This document shows, in pieces, positions 1 through 10,860 of a DNA stretch of 64,000 nucleotides. A program made the position numbers and the translations under genes. Location: assembly GCA_964521955.1 (NCBI GenBank), contig CAZFTX010000003.1, positions 1,517-65,516 of the forward strand. The letters run 5' to 3'. How positions within the stretch are numbered: position 1 is the first letter of the stretch; each line of letters starts with the position of its first letter. Source of the DNA: an uncultured Candidatus Saccharibacteria bacterium. Its GTDB lineage: Bacteria; Patescibacteriota; Doudnabacteria; UBA920. A model generated the notes under the pieces. The model did not search any database and had not been told where the DNA came from. It saw only the letters and a list, made by a program, of their open reading frames with translations.

Positions 1-45
1 AAGTTCTTCTTGTCTAATTTTAGGAAGCAGGTTAATTGTCTTCAT
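1..45 (-). CDS. pilN: 5' fragment of PilN-like type IV pilus assembly protein (runs off window)
   Basis: ATG at 45 reads MKTINLLPKIRQEEL. INLLP is the PilN N-terminal motif, and the ORF lies immediately downstream of pilM. Confidence 0.7.
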   Translation of the reverse strand, partial: MKTINLLPKIRQEEL

Positions 46-50
46 AAATT

Positions 51-1157
51 TTAGTTTTCAACCCCTCTCATGCTTAAGCCAATAGCCGTTGTAAAACCTA
101 AAGCTTCGATTGAATTTATTGGTGGTTCCTTAAGTCCGCTTAAATTTGCCCAAGGATTGGCAAGTTCTACTTTTAGTTCAGAAAAGTCTGCGAAATCTTG
201 AGCTAAAGATTCAGGCAAATTTGCCAATTTTGCACTCCCTCCAGTTAAAATAATTCTACTAACTTTCCTATCAGAATGCTCATTATGAAATTTTAGAATT
301 GTCCTAATCTCTGCACTAAGATTATTTAAAACTGGCAAAAGTGCAAGTTTTACATTCGGATAATCCGGTGTATTTTTCAAACCAACTTTACGTTTAATAT
401 CTTCCGCTTTAGTACTCGAAACTCCTAAGGTTCTGGCAATGCTTTCTGTAAATTGACTCCCTGCAACAGGCACTGAAGAAGTAAACTGCAACTTACCGTC
501 TTCTACCATAATTAAACTCGTACGCATGCTATTTATATCAGCAATAAGTACGGTTTCGGTACTATTCTCACCAATAACAGAACGATGGCAACTTTGAGAT
601 TCCACTTCTAAAGCTATGGGTTTAATTGCCAATTCATCTAAAGCTGATAAGTATTTATCAACAAATTCTTTCGGTGAAGCAATAATTAAAATATTCATTT
701 TATCCCCAACCACAGAAAGCTTCTGCCAATCCAAATACACCTGGTCTATTGGCATGGGAATAAAACTTTCTGCCTCAAAAGGGACTGCACTCTCAGCTTC
801 CTTGTCTGACATGACAGGAATTTGAATAACCCTAACAAACGACTTAGACTCAGGCAAGCTAACCACTGCGTAATTAGTGTCTATTTTCCCAAACTGAGTT
901 TTGTACATTGCCTGCTTAAATAAATGAGAAAACATTTTCTTGTCAGAAATTCCATCAGCTAAAATCAACCCCTTTGGTAAGGCAATTTCTGAAAAACCTT
1001 TTACTTTCACGCCTAAGCCTACCTTGTCTAAAAGCATAATTTTAATACTACTGGTACTAACATCCAGTCCAAAAGCTACATTTTTTTTGTGAAATAAATT
1101 AAACACTTTTGTTTTTAATTTCTTTATATATTTTATAGCTATTCTAAAATTAGGCAT
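51..1157 (-). CDS. pilM: Type IV pilus assembly protein PilM (actin-like ATPase fold)
   Basis: Motifs FGLDVSTSSIK, EAESFIPMPIDQVYLDW, IILTGGSAKL and TTAIGLSMR; pil gene context. The true start may be slightly downstream. Confidence 0.9.
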   Translation of the reverse strand: MPNFRIAIKYIKKLKTKVFNLFHKKNVAFGLDVSTSSIKIMLLDKVGLGVKVKGFSEIALPKGLILADGISDKKMFSHLFKQAMYKTQFGKIDTNYAVVSLPESKSFVRVIQIPVMSDKEAESAVPFEAESFIPMPIDQVYLDWQKLSVVGDKMNILIIASPKEFVDKYLSALDELAIKPIALEVESQSCHRSVIGENSTETVLIADINSMRTSLIMVEDGKLQFTSSVPVAGSQFTESIARTLGVSSTKAEDIKRKVGLKNTPDYPNVKLALLPVLNNLSAEIRTILKFHNEHSDRKVSRIILTGGSAKLANLPESLAQDFADFSELKVELANPWANLSGLKEPPINSIEALGFTTAIGLSMRGVEN

Positions 1158-1210
1158 TGCCTAATTGTAGAATACATTTATGAAAAAGGAGGCAACGAGC
1201 GAAGCAAGTG

Positions 1211-1246
1211 TTGGAAGGGAAAAACACGCAGTGTTTGTCCCTCCAA
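1211..1246. repeat. Intergenic imperfect hairpin (REP-like or terminator) between pilC and pilM
   Basis: TTGGAAGGGAAAAACAC-GCA-GTGTTTGTCCCTCCAA. Confidence 0.45.
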
Positions 1247-1252
1247 AAAATT

Positions 1253-2464
1253 TTAATTTATATTTTGACTTATGTTATAAATTGGGGAGATTAAGGCAAT
1301 CGCCAGTATTCCAACCACACCTCCAATAACTAAAAGTAGTAAAGGTTCAATAATAGAAGACAAATTTCTCAAAGTTGTGTCCACCTGTTCTTCATAATGC
1401 ACAGCTAATTGTTCTAAAATATCTTCCACTGTACCACTTTCCTCTCCCACCTGAAGCATTTGCACAACTAAAATTGGAAATAAGGAATTATCTTTACCCA
1501 ACGCATCGGTTAATGAAGTACCCAATTTAACTTCTTTGGCGGCATTTGCAACTACTTCTCTGTACGGGATGCTGCTTATAGACTCACTTGCAACTTCCAA
1601 GGCTTGAACAATAGGAATACCACTTTTTAAAAGCGAACTTAGTATACGGGAAAACCTTGCAAGATTTATCTTTTTAACAATACCGCTAATCACAGGAAAA
1701 TGCAACAAAAATAAATCAAAATACCTTTGTCCAATCTGAGTACGTAAACCAAAAAATCCTCCAACTACAATCCCCACCATGCCTAAAATAGTAACAACCG
1801 CGTTTGCACTCATAAAATCCGCAACTGCCATTACTACCCTTGTCATAAAAGGTAAATCGGTTTCAAATTCCTTAAAAATTGAAGTTAATTTTGGCAAAAC
1901 AAAAATAGACATCAACACACCAATAATCACCATTGCTCCAATAATCACGCTAGGGTAAATCATTGCGCCCTTAACTTTGCTCTTTAAGTCTGCCTCCCTG
2001 TGTAATTGAATTCCCAGGTATTCCAAACTTTTATCCAAATTTCCTGAAAGCTCCCCTACTTTAATCATACTTGTGAAAATATTGGAAAAAACTCCCGGAT
2101 AAGCCCCTAATGCTTCGCCCAAACCCTTACCAGCTTGAACTTGAGAATACACATCATTCATAATATTTTTCAGCTTCAAATTTTTAACCTGTTTTACAAT
2201 AATCTGCAGACCCCTGGAAATTGAAATACCACTTTTAAGCATAATGCTTAAATTTTCCACCACCCCAATTTTTTCGTCTAAAGAAACCGTTGAAATATTT
2301 CTTAAAAAGTTTAAAACATCCGTCTTATGAGCTTCAGTAATTTGAGTCGGCAAAAGACCCTGCTCTTTCAGCAAGTGACCGGCAGCAGCCAAGTTCGGGG
2401 CATTTATTACCGCCGACTCTTTTTTACCACCCTTTGTTAAAGCTTCATAAGAAAATTCTGGCAA
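1253..2464 (-). CDS. pilC: Type IV pilus inner-membrane platform protein PilC/GspF
   Basis: Two T2SSF repeats (GELSGNLDKSL, GEESGTVEDIL), AMIYP motif, three TM segments; TTG start. Confidence 0.93.
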   Translation of the reverse strand: MPEFSYEALTKGGKKESAVINAPNLAAAGHLLKEQGLLPTQITEAHKTDVLNFLRNISTVSLDEKIGVVENLSIMLKSGISISRGLQIIVKQVKNLKLKNIMNDVYSQVQAGKGLGEALGAYPGVFSNIFTSMIKVGELSGNLDKSLEYLGIQLHREADLKSKVKGAMIYPSVIIGAMVIIGVLMSIFVLPKLTSIFKEFETDLPFMTRVVMAVADFMSANAVVTILGMVGIVVGGFFGLRTQIGQRYFDLFLLHFPVISGIVKKINLARFSRILSSLLKSGIPIVQALEVASESISSIPYREVVANAAKEVKLGTSLTDALGKDNSLFPILVVQMLQVGEESGTVEDILEQLAVHYEEQVDTTLRNLSSIIEPLLLLVIGGVVGILAIALISPIYNISQNIN

Positions 2465-2542
2465 AAAAATATGATTCTTAGATTAACTGATGTTATGATT
2501 TGATAATTAAAATCAAACAATCAATAAATCAATTTAATTTAT

Positions 2543-4306
2543 TTACTCCTTAGAAACTCTTAATATTTCATCAATAGTCGTAATGCCTTTTAAAGCTTTA
2601 ATAAACCCGTCCTCCCACATTAAAACCATACCATCTTTTTCCGCAACATCTTGAATATCCTGACTACTCTTATGCTGCATAATCATTTCCGCTACTTCAG
2701 GTGTAACTTCTAGAACCTCATGAATTCCACAACGGCCTTTATAACCACTATGATTGCATTTATCACACCCTTGTCCTTTGAAAAACTTTAAATCTTCAAT
2801 ATTTTTAGTTTTTTCTTTAATTGCACCAGATTTTTCTAAAATTGGCATAAGTTTTTCCAAATGAAAAATTTTCTCTAAACTATTCATGGTTGCTTTGTCT
2901 ATTTTATAAGGAGCACTGCAATCTTTACATACTACCCTGACTAACCTTTGGGCTAAAACTGCATTGATAGTCGAAGCAATTAAGTAAGGTTCGACACCAA
3001 TGTCTAAAAGTCTGGGCAAAGCCGCGGCAGCATTGTTTGTATGAAGAGTTGAAAAAACCACGTGACCAGTCATAGCGGCATGCACCGCCTCTTCAGCGGT
3101 TTCTTTATCGCGAATTTCACCAATCATAATAATATTTGGATCTTGCCTTAAAAGCGCACGTAAACCCATAGCAAAAGTTAATCCTATTTTTGGACTGACT
3201 TGCATTTGGTTTGCCCCCACAATGCGATACTCTACCGGATCTTCAATGGTCGAAATATTTACTGATTTAGTATTTAACAAAGAAAGCAAAGTATACAAAG
3301 TTGTAGACTTACCACTACCAGTAGGTCCAGTAACTAAAATCATTCCATGAGGTTTTTTTGCATTCCTTTGAATGATTTCCATATTAATTTTTTCAAAACC
3401 TAAATCTTCCAAACTCATGGCTTTAGTAGACTCGTCTAAAAGACGAATAACTACTTTTTCACCGTCAAAAATAGGGATAGTTGAAACACGCAAAGAAAAC
3501 TTATATCCATCTTTTTCAATCTTAAATCTGCCATCCTGAGGCAGTCTGTGTTCGTCAATCTTTAAATTTGAAAGCACTTTTATTCTAGCAACAATTGCTG
3601 CCTGAATGACTTTAGGTAAAGTCATTACGTCATGAAGAACACCGTCTATGCGATAACGAACAATTACTGAATTTTCCTGAGGTTCGATATGTATATCAGA
3701 AGCTTTTTCAAAAACCGCATACTCTAAAAGCGTATCTACCACCCGAATTACAGGAATCTCTTCGGCCATTTTCTTCAAACTGTCATCCGCACTATCTGGA
3801 CCTTCCCCTTTTGCACTGGCTGTCACCGAAGGAGAATCTGAAGGTGAAAAAAGGTGTTTAATTTCTTTTTCTAATGAAGAATGATACTTACTTAAACCAA
3901 AATCTAGACTAGTCTTACCAATTAAAAAAGTTTTAATCTTCAGTCCAATTTTCTTTTGTATAAACTCTTTCGTTTGCAAATCTTCGGGATCAGTCATAGC
4001 CAAAGAAAGCTCGTCCTTGGTCTTAGCAAAACTTATAACTTGATGTCTATGAGCAATGGGCTCTGGTACAAGATTTAAAACTTCCTGGGGAATCTGTTGA
4101 TTGCGCAAATCTATAACTGGAACATTTAAAAGCTCGCTTTTAAATGTTAAAAGCGCATCTTCCGTCATTACTTTCTTTTGTAACAAAAATTCTTCCCAAG
4201 AAACATTGCCTTTTATTTGCAATCGCTCCTTTTCCAACTCTGCTATTTTGTCCTCAGAAAGAACTTTCTTTTGTTTTAAAGCTTTATTTAACTCTATTCT
4301 ATCCAT
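2543..4306 (-). CDS. pilB: Type IV pilus assembly ATPase PilB/GspE
   Basis: ASDIHIEP, RLPQDGR, Walker A GPTGSGKST, LRQDPNIIMIGEIRD, two CxxC zinc motifs. Confidence 0.95.
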   Translation of the reverse strand: MDRIELNKALKQKKVLSEDKIAELEKERLQIKGNVSWEEFLLQKKVMTEDALLTFKSELLNVPVIDLRNQQIPQEVLNLVPEPIAHRHQVISFAKTKDELSLAMTDPEDLQTKEFIQKKIGLKIKTFLIGKTSLDFGLSKYHSSLEKEIKHLFSPSDSPSVTASAKGEGPDSADDSLKKMAEEIPVIRVVDTLLEYAVFEKASDIHIEPQENSVIVRYRIDGVLHDVMTLPKVIQAAIVARIKVLSNLKIDEHRLPQDGRFKIEKDGYKFSLRVSTIPIFDGEKVVIRLLDESTKAMSLEDLGFEKINMEIIQRNAKKPHGMILVTGPTGSGKSTTLYTLLSLLNTKSVNISTIEDPVEYRIVGANQMQVSPKIGLTFAMGLRALLRQDPNIIMIGEIRDKETAEEAVHAAMTGHVVFSTLHTNNAAAALPRLLDIGVEPYLIASTINAVLAQRLVRVVCKDCSAPYKIDKATMNSLEKIFHLEKLMPILEKSGAIKEKTKNIEDLKFFKGQGCDKCNHSGYKGRCGIHEVLEVTPEVAEMIMQHKSSQDIQDVAEKDGMVLMWEDGFIKALKGITTIDEILRVSKE

Positions 4307-4369
4307 GTTTATTTTAAAATATTTTTTGTTTCTGATTTTACCTTATTCAGGTTTTATTATAACACATTT

Positions 4370-5671
4370 CTATCTTCCCTTCCAAGTAAAAATATAATAT
4401 ATAGTTTTTAAAATAATCTCTAAATCAAACAAAATACTTCTATGTTTTATGTAATACAAATCGTATTGAAGTTTAAGCCTAGTTTCTTCAACAGTTGAGG
4501 CATAAATATTTAACTGCGCCCAACCGGTTATACCAGGTTTTACCAAATGTCTTTCGTCGTAAAAAGCAATTTCTTTTTTTAAGTTTTCAACAATATTTGG
4601 CTGTTCGGGACGTGGACCCACTAAACTCATATTGCCTAAGACCAAATTTAAAAACTGAGGAATTTCATCTAAACGGCTTTTTCTTAAAAATTTTCCTAAA
4701 GTCGTAATTCTTGGATCATTTACTGAAGTCCAAGTATTAGTTGGTCCGCCTGACATTGTTCTGTATTTATAGACCTTGAAAATCTTACCATTTTTTCCAA
4801 CTCTTTCCTGGACAAAAAGTACTGGACCTTTAGAAGAAAGTTTAATTAACAAAGCAATTAAAGGATATGAAGCTACAAACACAATAAATCCTAAACTACC
4901 CAAAATCAAATCTACTGACCTTTTTAACAAAGTATAAAAACGTTTTTCTTGATAGTTAATATTTTCTAAAAACCAAAGCTCATTAATTTGTGATAAATAT
5001 ATCTTTCTAAGAAGGCGCTCGTAAAAACTTCTATGATCATAAAAATTCACGCCTGCTTTTCTAAATTCATAAAACTGCTGCAACACTTCCGGCCTGGTTT
5101 GCAAATTCCCAGGTAAAATTATTCCGGCTTCTTTTGAGGGTTGTAATTTTTTTAAAGCTACTTCGTCTAAATGACCCAAAACCCTAAAACCCATGTAAGA
5201 ATGATTTTGAATTTCTTTTTCTAAATCTTCCAGTTCTTTGTTAAAAGAAAACAAATAAACACTTTGAGTTAAAGTGTTTTTCAAAAAATATTTTACAATT
5301 AAATGCCAAATTAAAATTAAACCTAGAACTAACCCCAAATCCAAAACTAAAAATCTTCTAGGGGTAAGTATCAAATTTGGTTGTACATAAAAATACAGCA
5401 CTGCTAAAAGACCGTTTACTGTCATGGCAGAAACCAAACCTGAAACAACTGTTGTATAGCGCCTAAATGCTGGAGCTTCAAAAAGTCCATGAATAAAAAA
5501 GACCAAAATCCACAAAATATGCAAAACCGTAAACGCACTTAAATGTGCTCCCCAAGCTTCGGAGCTTAAACCATTGGGATATCTAATTAAAACCGCCAAC
5601 CATAAAGACATGTATAAAATTAATACATCTGGTATAAATATAAACCAAAAAATAAGAGTTTTTTTTGACAT
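4370..5671 (-). CDS. Initiating polyprenyl-phosphate sugar-1-phosphate transferase (WbaP/WcaJ family)
   Basis: N-terminal TM helices followed by Bac_transf motifs KYRTM, DPRITTLGKFLRKSRLDEIPQ, GNMSLVGPRPE and KPGITGWAQ. Confidence 0.92.
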   Translation of the reverse strand: MSKKTLIFWFIFIPDVLILYMSLWLAVLIRYPNGLSSEAWGAHLSAFTVLHILWILVFFIHGLFEAPAFRRYTTVVSGLVSAMTVNGLLAVLYFYVQPNLILTPRRFLVLDLGLVLGLILIWHLIVKYFLKNTLTQSVYLFSFNKELEDLEKEIQNHSYMGFRVLGHLDEVALKKLQPSKEAGIILPGNLQTRPEVLQQFYEFRKAGVNFYDHRSFYERLLRKIYLSQINELWFLENINYQEKRFYTLLKRSVDLILGSLGFIVFVASYPLIALLIKLSSKGPVLFVQERVGKNGKIFKVYKYRTMSGGPTNTWTSVNDPRITTLGKFLRKSRLDEIPQFLNLVLGNMSLVGPRPEQPNIVENLKKEIAFYDERHLVKPGITGWAQLNIYASTVEETRLKLQYDLYYIKHRSILFDLEIILKTIYYIFTWKGR

Positions 5672-6423
5672 TAAATTTTAAAAAATATTCTTAAACTTAA
5701 AATAAAATAAGCTACTAAATAGTTCGGGTACTCACTTTTATACTTAATAATTAGACTTTTTTGCTTTTTTAAAAAGCCAATAAAACGTTCTTTATTATAG
5801 TTCGGCAATGTATATTTAGTAAAGACTTCCTGAAAATTAAACATTTTCCCAACATTTCCTAAACGCAACCATAAGTCATAATCTTCAGCAAAATCTTGTT
5901 CGTCCTTAATAAACCCACCCACTTTTATTACCATCTCTCTCTTAAACATAACCGTTGAAGTAAAAAAATTGTTCCTCAAAAGCATAGTTTGTCTAATATT
6001 TTCGTCTGTCTGAGGTCTAAGTTTGGTTCTTAATGCTTGGTTCTTGGAGTCTATAACACTAATTCCACCACCAACTAACACGAAGTCAGAATTCTGGTCT
6101 AAAAATTCAACCTGTTTTTTAAGCTTATCTACATCCACCCATTCATCGTCGTCATCCAAAATTGCAATAAACTCACCTTTACTTTTTAACAAAGCCTCTT
6201 GCCTACTCGCTGTTATGCCCAATGATTCATTGTGAATCACAAAATCAATATTCAAACCAGCTTTCGTTAACTCTTGCGTTATCTCTTCGGTATTATCAGT
6301 TGAACCGTCACTGATTAAAATCACTTCAATATCTTTATAGCTTTGCCCCCAAATAGAATACAAAGCCCTGCGAAGTAGTGGCGCGCGATTTTTTGTTAGT
6401 ATATTTACTGAAACTTTAGGCAT
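5671..6423 (-). CDS. Glycosyltransferase family 2
   Basis: VSVNILTKNR, DGSTDNT, AILDDDD, EDYDLWLR. Confidence 0.9.
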   Translation of the reverse strand: MPKVSVNILTKNRAPLLRRALYSIWGQSYKDIEVILISDGSTDNTEEITQELTKAGLNIDFVIHNESLGITASRQEALLKSKGEFIAILDDDDEWVDVDKLKKQVEFLDQNSDFVLVGGGISVIDSKNQALRTKLRPQTDENIRQTMLLRNNFFTSTVMFKREMVIKVGGFIKDEQDFAEDYDLWLRLGNVGKMFNFQEVFTKYTLPNYNKERFIGFLKKQKSLIIKYKSEYPNYLVAYFILSLRIFFKI

Positions 6424-7315
6424 TTTTAATTATCTCCAATAATTTTTCAGCGCATAAACTGTCCGTAAAATTTTCCAAGACATATCTTTTAGGTTCAAAA
6501 TTTGATTTTAAAAAATTTGGTAAAACATACTTAAAATCGGCAAAGTTTTTAAACCTCATCCCTGACTGCTCAGAAACATAAGGACTTGCAGTATTTCCGG
6601 ATACACGAAAGCCTTGTTTTTCCCAAAATCCTCTTTCCCAAATCAACACAGGGACATTTCTAGCCCAAGCCTCAAACATTGCTAAACCCTGACTTTCGCT
6701 TTCAGACAGATAAATAAGCGCTTTAGTCGAATTTAATAAATGAAAAAATTCAGCTTGTTTAAAATTATTGTAATCAACAACTTTAAAAACATACTTTCTA
6801 AAATTTAAAAACTGAACAACATCTTTAAATATTTCACTCATACCAACTTTATTGTATACAATAAAATCTAAAGTTTTTTCTTTTTGCTCTTCATTCTGAG
6901 GTACTTTAACACCTGCTGGCCAAACACTAATTTTCCCAATTAAACGCGGTTCTAACTTTTCATAATATTCTTTGACCCAAAGACTGGGCATGATTACTCT
7001 GTCTATTTCTTTATTCGCAATAATTGAACCATATTCCGAAGGCAAAACAACTAAATTTGGTCCGGCAATTAGTTTTTTTATCACACCTTGCTGTTTTTTT
7101 AATATTGCTTTTTTTAAAGGCTGAATTCCACTTAAAACCACTACTGTGTCAGTAAAATTTTCATTAACCGAAAAAGATGTTTTTAATTCCCTCAACCCCC
7201 TGACCAAACTTAAAAAAACCGCCCTCGGACCACGATTTTCCTTTTTCAAAATTTTTTTAACCAAAAATTTAACTTTACCTAAAAAGTTAAACTCTTCGGT
7301 AAATAAGTTTAACAT
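6416..7315 (-). CDS. Putative GT-B glycosyltransferase
   Basis: ESQGLAMFEAWARNVPV matches the EX7E GT4-like motif; glycan-cluster context. Confidence 0.7.
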   Translation of the reverse strand: MLNLFTEEFNFLGKVKFLVKKILKKENRGPRAVFLSLVRGLRELKTSFSVNENFTDTVVVLSGIQPLKKAILKKQQGVIKKLIAGPNLVVLPSEYGSIIANKEIDRVIMPSLWVKEYYEKLEPRLIGKISVWPAGVKVPQNEEQKEKTLDFIVYNKVGMSEIFKDVVQFLNFRKYVFKVVDYNNFKQAEFFHLLNSTKALIYLSESESQGLAMFEAWARNVPVLIWERGFWEKQGFRVSGNTASPYVSEQSGMRFKNFADFKYVLPNFLKSNFEPKRYVLENFTDSLCAEKLLEIIKNA

Positions 7316-8265
7316 TACTTTTTATTTAGACTTTGCTTAAAATAAGTAATAGTTTTTAAAAGACCATCTGAAACGCTAATTTTTGGCTGCCATTTTAATC
7401 TCTTTTTTGCCAAATCAATATCCGGCTTTCTTTTTACAGGATCATCCTGAGGAAGTTTTTTAAATACAATTTTACTTTTAGAATTAGTAATTTTTATAAT
7501 TTTTTTTGCTAATTCTAAAATTGTAAATTCTTCCGGATTACCTAAATTAACAGGTCCGGAAAAATTTTTTGCATTCATCATCGCAATAATTCCAGCAACC
7601 AAATCTGAAACATACTGAAAACTTCTAGTTTGCCCACCTTGACCATAAACAGTTATTGGCATGTTTTTTAAGGCCTGAACAATAAAATTTGAAACAACCC
7701 GACCATCATTTTTATCCATTTTAGGACCATAAGTATTAAAAATCCTAATAATTTTTGTTTCAATTTTGTATACTTTTCCAAAATCTAAAGTCAAAGTTTC
7801 ACCGGCTCTTTTACTTTCATCGTAACAACTCCTAACCCCCACCGGGTTTACATTACCCCAATAAGTTTCTTTTTGAGGGTGCTCTTTAGGATCGCCATAG
7901 ACTTCTGAAGTCGAAGCAAATAAAAACTTAGCCTTGTTTTTTTTAGCCAACTCTAAAAGATTTAAAGTTCCTAAAATGTTGGCTTTAAAAGTCAAAATTG
8001 GTTCTTTTTGATAAGCCGGAGGCGACGCCGGAGAAGCTAAATGATAAATCTCACTTATTTTTAAATTCAACACATCTTTAGATATGTCTTTGTTTAAAAA
8101 TTGAAAATTTTTATTTTTCAGTAAATTTAAAATATTAGTTTTTTTACCAGTATATAAATTATCCACACAAATAACTTTATAACCTAAAGCCAAAAGCTTC
8201 TCACATAAGTGAGAGCCCACAAAACCCGCTCCGCCTGCTACTAATGCTGTCCTATTTTTTAACAT
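7315..8265 (-). CDS. uxs: UDP-glucuronate decarboxylase (UDP-xylose synthase)
   Basis: GGAGFVGSH, LASPASP, STSEVYGDP, YWGNVNPVGVRSCYDESKR, DGRVVSNF. Confidence 0.9.
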   Translation of the reverse strand: MLKNRTALVAGGAGFVGSHLCEKLLALGYKVICVDNLYTGKKTNILNLLKNKNFQFLNKDISKDVLNLKISEIYHLASPASPPAYQKEPILTFKANILGTLNLLELAKKNKAKFLFASTSEVYGDPKEHPQKETYWGNVNPVGVRSCYDESKRAGETLTLDFGKVYKIETKIIRIFNTYGPKMDKNDGRVVSNFIVQALKNMPITVYGQGGQTRSFQYVSDLVAGIIAMMNAKNFSGPVNLGNPEEFTILELAKKIIKITNSKSKIVFKKLPQDDPVKRKPDIDLAKKRLKWQPKISVSDGLLKTITYFKQSLNKK

Positions 8266-9082
8266 TTTTTTTATGAAGATTTTTTAAGAAAAATTCTTCA
8301 CTCAAACCGCTTGCTTTTAAAAGTTGTTGGTTAATTTTTTTCATGGTCGTTAAAAGCGGGGTTTTCTTTTCCAATTTCTTTGCTAATTGCAGAAGCGCAT
8401 TTACATCCTTTGGAAAACACGATCCACCGTACCCCCTGTATCCCCCATGACCCACGCTAAAATGTGAATCGGCAATTCTCCAATCCTTAACTACCGCTTC
8501 TTTCACGGTTTCATAATTAACCTTCAAAGCTTTTGCAATTTCAAAAATTTCATTTGCAAAAACTACTTTTAAAGCCAAAAAACTATTTGCCATATATTTC
8601 ACCAGCTCCGCTTCTTTTGCCGGCATAACTTTATCAAAAGGACTTCTAGGTAAAACCGACATTACAATTTTGGCATATTTTTGACTTTGTTTTGTAACTC
8701 CCAAAATTTGCCTGTCAGGATGAATTAAGTCTTCATACGAAGAAACTTCTTTTAAAAATTCAGGGTTAAACATGAAAGCATGTTGAGGATACTGCTTTTG
8801 CAAATCGTCCACAGTACCGGGAAGTACAGTAGACTTAATAACTACTATTTTTTTACCTTTCAGTAAACCAACAGCTTCTTTTACAGCGCTTAAGTCAAAA
8901 CCTTTTTTGGGATTATAAGGTGTAGGTGTGGAAATAAAGACTATTTCCGCTTTATTTACCAACTCCATTGAACCTTCCTGTTTAAATTTGTCATAAACAA
9001 AAGGCTTGTTTTTTTTACTATCAAAATATTTTTTTAGAGCCCCACCCACAAAACCAACACCAATAATACCTATTTTTTTCAT
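8252..9082 (-). CDS. ugd: UDP-glucose/GDP-mannose dehydrogenase family protein, short form
   Basis: GVGFVG, KSTVLPG, NPEFL, AELVKY, GYGGSCFPKD. At 276 aa it lacks the C-terminal UDP-binding domain. Confidence 0.8.
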   Translation of the reverse strand: MKKIGIIGVGFVGGALKKYFDSKKNKPFVYDKFKQEGSMELVNKAEIVFISTPTPYNPKKGFDLSAVKEAVGLLKGKKIVVIKSTVLPGTVDDLQKQYPQHAFMFNPEFLKEVSSYEDLIHPDRQILGVTKQSQKYAKIVMSVLPRSPFDKVMPAKEAELVKYMANSFLALKVVFANEIFEIAKALKVNYETVKEAVVKDWRIADSHFSVGHGGYRGYGGSCFPKDVNALLQLAKKLEKKTPLLTTMKKINQQLLKASGLSEEFFLKNLHKKNVKK

Positions 9083-10857
9083 TATTTTTTGGAAATTAAA
9101 TAGTTTTCAATTGCTAAATATTTTAAACCTGAATTTTCTAAAGTCCTCAATGCGTCCTTTGGACTTTCTACATTTGGTTCTCCGTGCAAATTAAAAGAGG
9201 TATTTAAAACTCCTCCAATTCCGGTTAAACTTTTAAATTCAGAAATTAAAGTATAGTACTCTTTATTCCAATCTTTATAAACAATTTGCGGTCTGCAAGT
9301 AAAGTCATATGGGTGTATAGCGGCAGGTAAATGTTTCTGCCCTAACTCAGTTGTAGGAAAAGTTATGGCCATATAAGGAGCCTTGATATTTTTTGAATTA
9401 ATTAAATACCGTTTTTCATCTTCCTCTAAAACCGAAGCGGCAAAAGGCATCCAAAAATCCCGATTTTTTATCATTTCGTTGATTATTCTTAAATTATCCC
9501 GGCTGGTTGGATTAGCTAAAATAGAGCGGTTACCCAAAGCCCTGGCGCCCCATTCCGTCCTACCCTTAAATCTGGCAACAACTTGATTTTCAGAAAGTAA
9601 TTTTGCAACTTGTTTTTCTATTTCAAATTCATTTTTAAATTCACTTATATCAAACTTTTTTTCTACATCCAAATTTTTTAAAACCTCTCTAATGTTAGAG
9701 GAGCTATAGCTGTTACCCAAATACAAGTCTGTGAATTTTACCGGACTTGGAGTCATGTTTATTTCTTTGTTTTTTTCTAAATATCCAAAAAAGGCCGCGC
9801 CAATTGCTGTAGACTCGTCCGCCCCGGAAGGCATAACAAACAAACTATCCACTTCTGGCAATTCTGAAATTTTTTGATTTAATTTTACACTCATGAAAAC
9901 CCCTCCTGAAACAGCTAATTCCCTAATGCCAGTTTTACTCACCCAAGCTTTCACCCATTCTAAAACTTTTTCTTCCAAAAAAATTTGAGCAAATGCGGAA
10001 ACAGTGTCAAACCTTTGGGCATACAAATTTTCCAAAAAATAATATTCTAATTTATTCGTTGGAATTTTAGATTCAAATTCCAAATCTTTGTTTAACACGA
10101 CTAAATCTTTAAACCTTTCGTAAAGCTCCCTAGCTTTTTCCTGTTTTGCGTATGGAGCCAACCCCATGACTTTAAATTCGTGCTCGTTTGGAGTCATGCC
10201 TAAAAATTTTGTAATTTCAGTAAAAAAATACCCTAACGAAACACTCACTGGGTTTGAGGAAAGTTTTTCTAACTTAAAATTTTCATAAACACTCACAGTG
10301 GAAGACTCGCCGTCCCCCTCTCCGTCCATAGTTATAACCAAAGTTTTTTTCTTTTCATCTAAATTCATACAAGCTGCATAGGCATGCGAAGCATGATGAA
10401 AACTAAAACTAATTTTCTCACTTGGCACCTGTAGCATTTTACTGAAATATTTTAAGGATTCCTGTGTTTGCCTGTCTTTCCATGCATAAAACTTTTTTAT
10501 GCTTTTACCTACAAAAGAACGGGTAAAATTGATACCCGGAATTTTAGAAAGTACATGTTTTTTAAAACTATATTTTCTCTGAAAATTTACATTGAAAGTC
10601 CCGAAATCCCGCACAGATTTAAAACCCACACGCTTCATACCCAAGTATCCGGCAATGTCTTTTTGAAAAATTACTACTTTATCCACCTGGTTTGGGTTTA
10701 TATAATTTTTATAAACATAATCTAAAGTAAGTACAGGAAAACCGTTTGAATTTTTCAAGCGGTTAAACCTTTCCTCACTCATAGCAAACTCTAACTTACC
10801 GTCTTTAATGTAAGCTACAGTTGCATTGTGGCCGTAATGGATTCCTAAAATATTCAT
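9082..10857 (-). CDS. Carbamoyltransferase, NodU/CmcH family
   Basis: SEERFNR, HHASHA, DGEGD, KVMGLAPY, EWGARALGNRSIL, NTSFNLHGEP. Confidence 0.93.
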   Translation of the reverse strand: MNILGIHYGHNATVAYIKDGKLEFAMSEERFNRLKNSNGFPVLTLDYVYKNYINPNQVDKVVIFQKDIAGYLGMKRVGFKSVRDFGTFNVNFQRKYSFKKHVLSKIPGINFTRSFVGKSIKKFYAWKDRQTQESLKYFSKMLQVPSEKISFSFHHASHAYAACMNLDEKKKTLVITMDGEGDGESSTVSVYENFKLEKLSSNPVSVSLGYFFTEITKFLGMTPNEHEFKVMGLAPYAKQEKARELYERFKDLVVLNKDLEFESKIPTNKLEYYFLENLYAQRFDTVSAFAQIFLEEKVLEWVKAWVSKTGIRELAVSGGVFMSVKLNQKISELPEVDSLFVMPSGADESTAIGAAFFGYLEKNKEINMTPSPVKFTDLYLGNSYSSSNIREVLKNLDVEKKFDISEFKNEFEIEKQVAKLLSENQVVARFKGRTEWGARALGNRSILANPTSRDNLRIINEMIKNRDFWMPFAASVLEEDEKRYLINSKNIKAPYMAITFPTTELGQKHLPAAIHPYDFTCRPQIVYKDWNKEYYTLISEFKSLTGIGGVLNTSFNLHGEPNVESPKDALRTLENSGLKYLAIENYLISKK

Positions 10858-10860
10858 TAA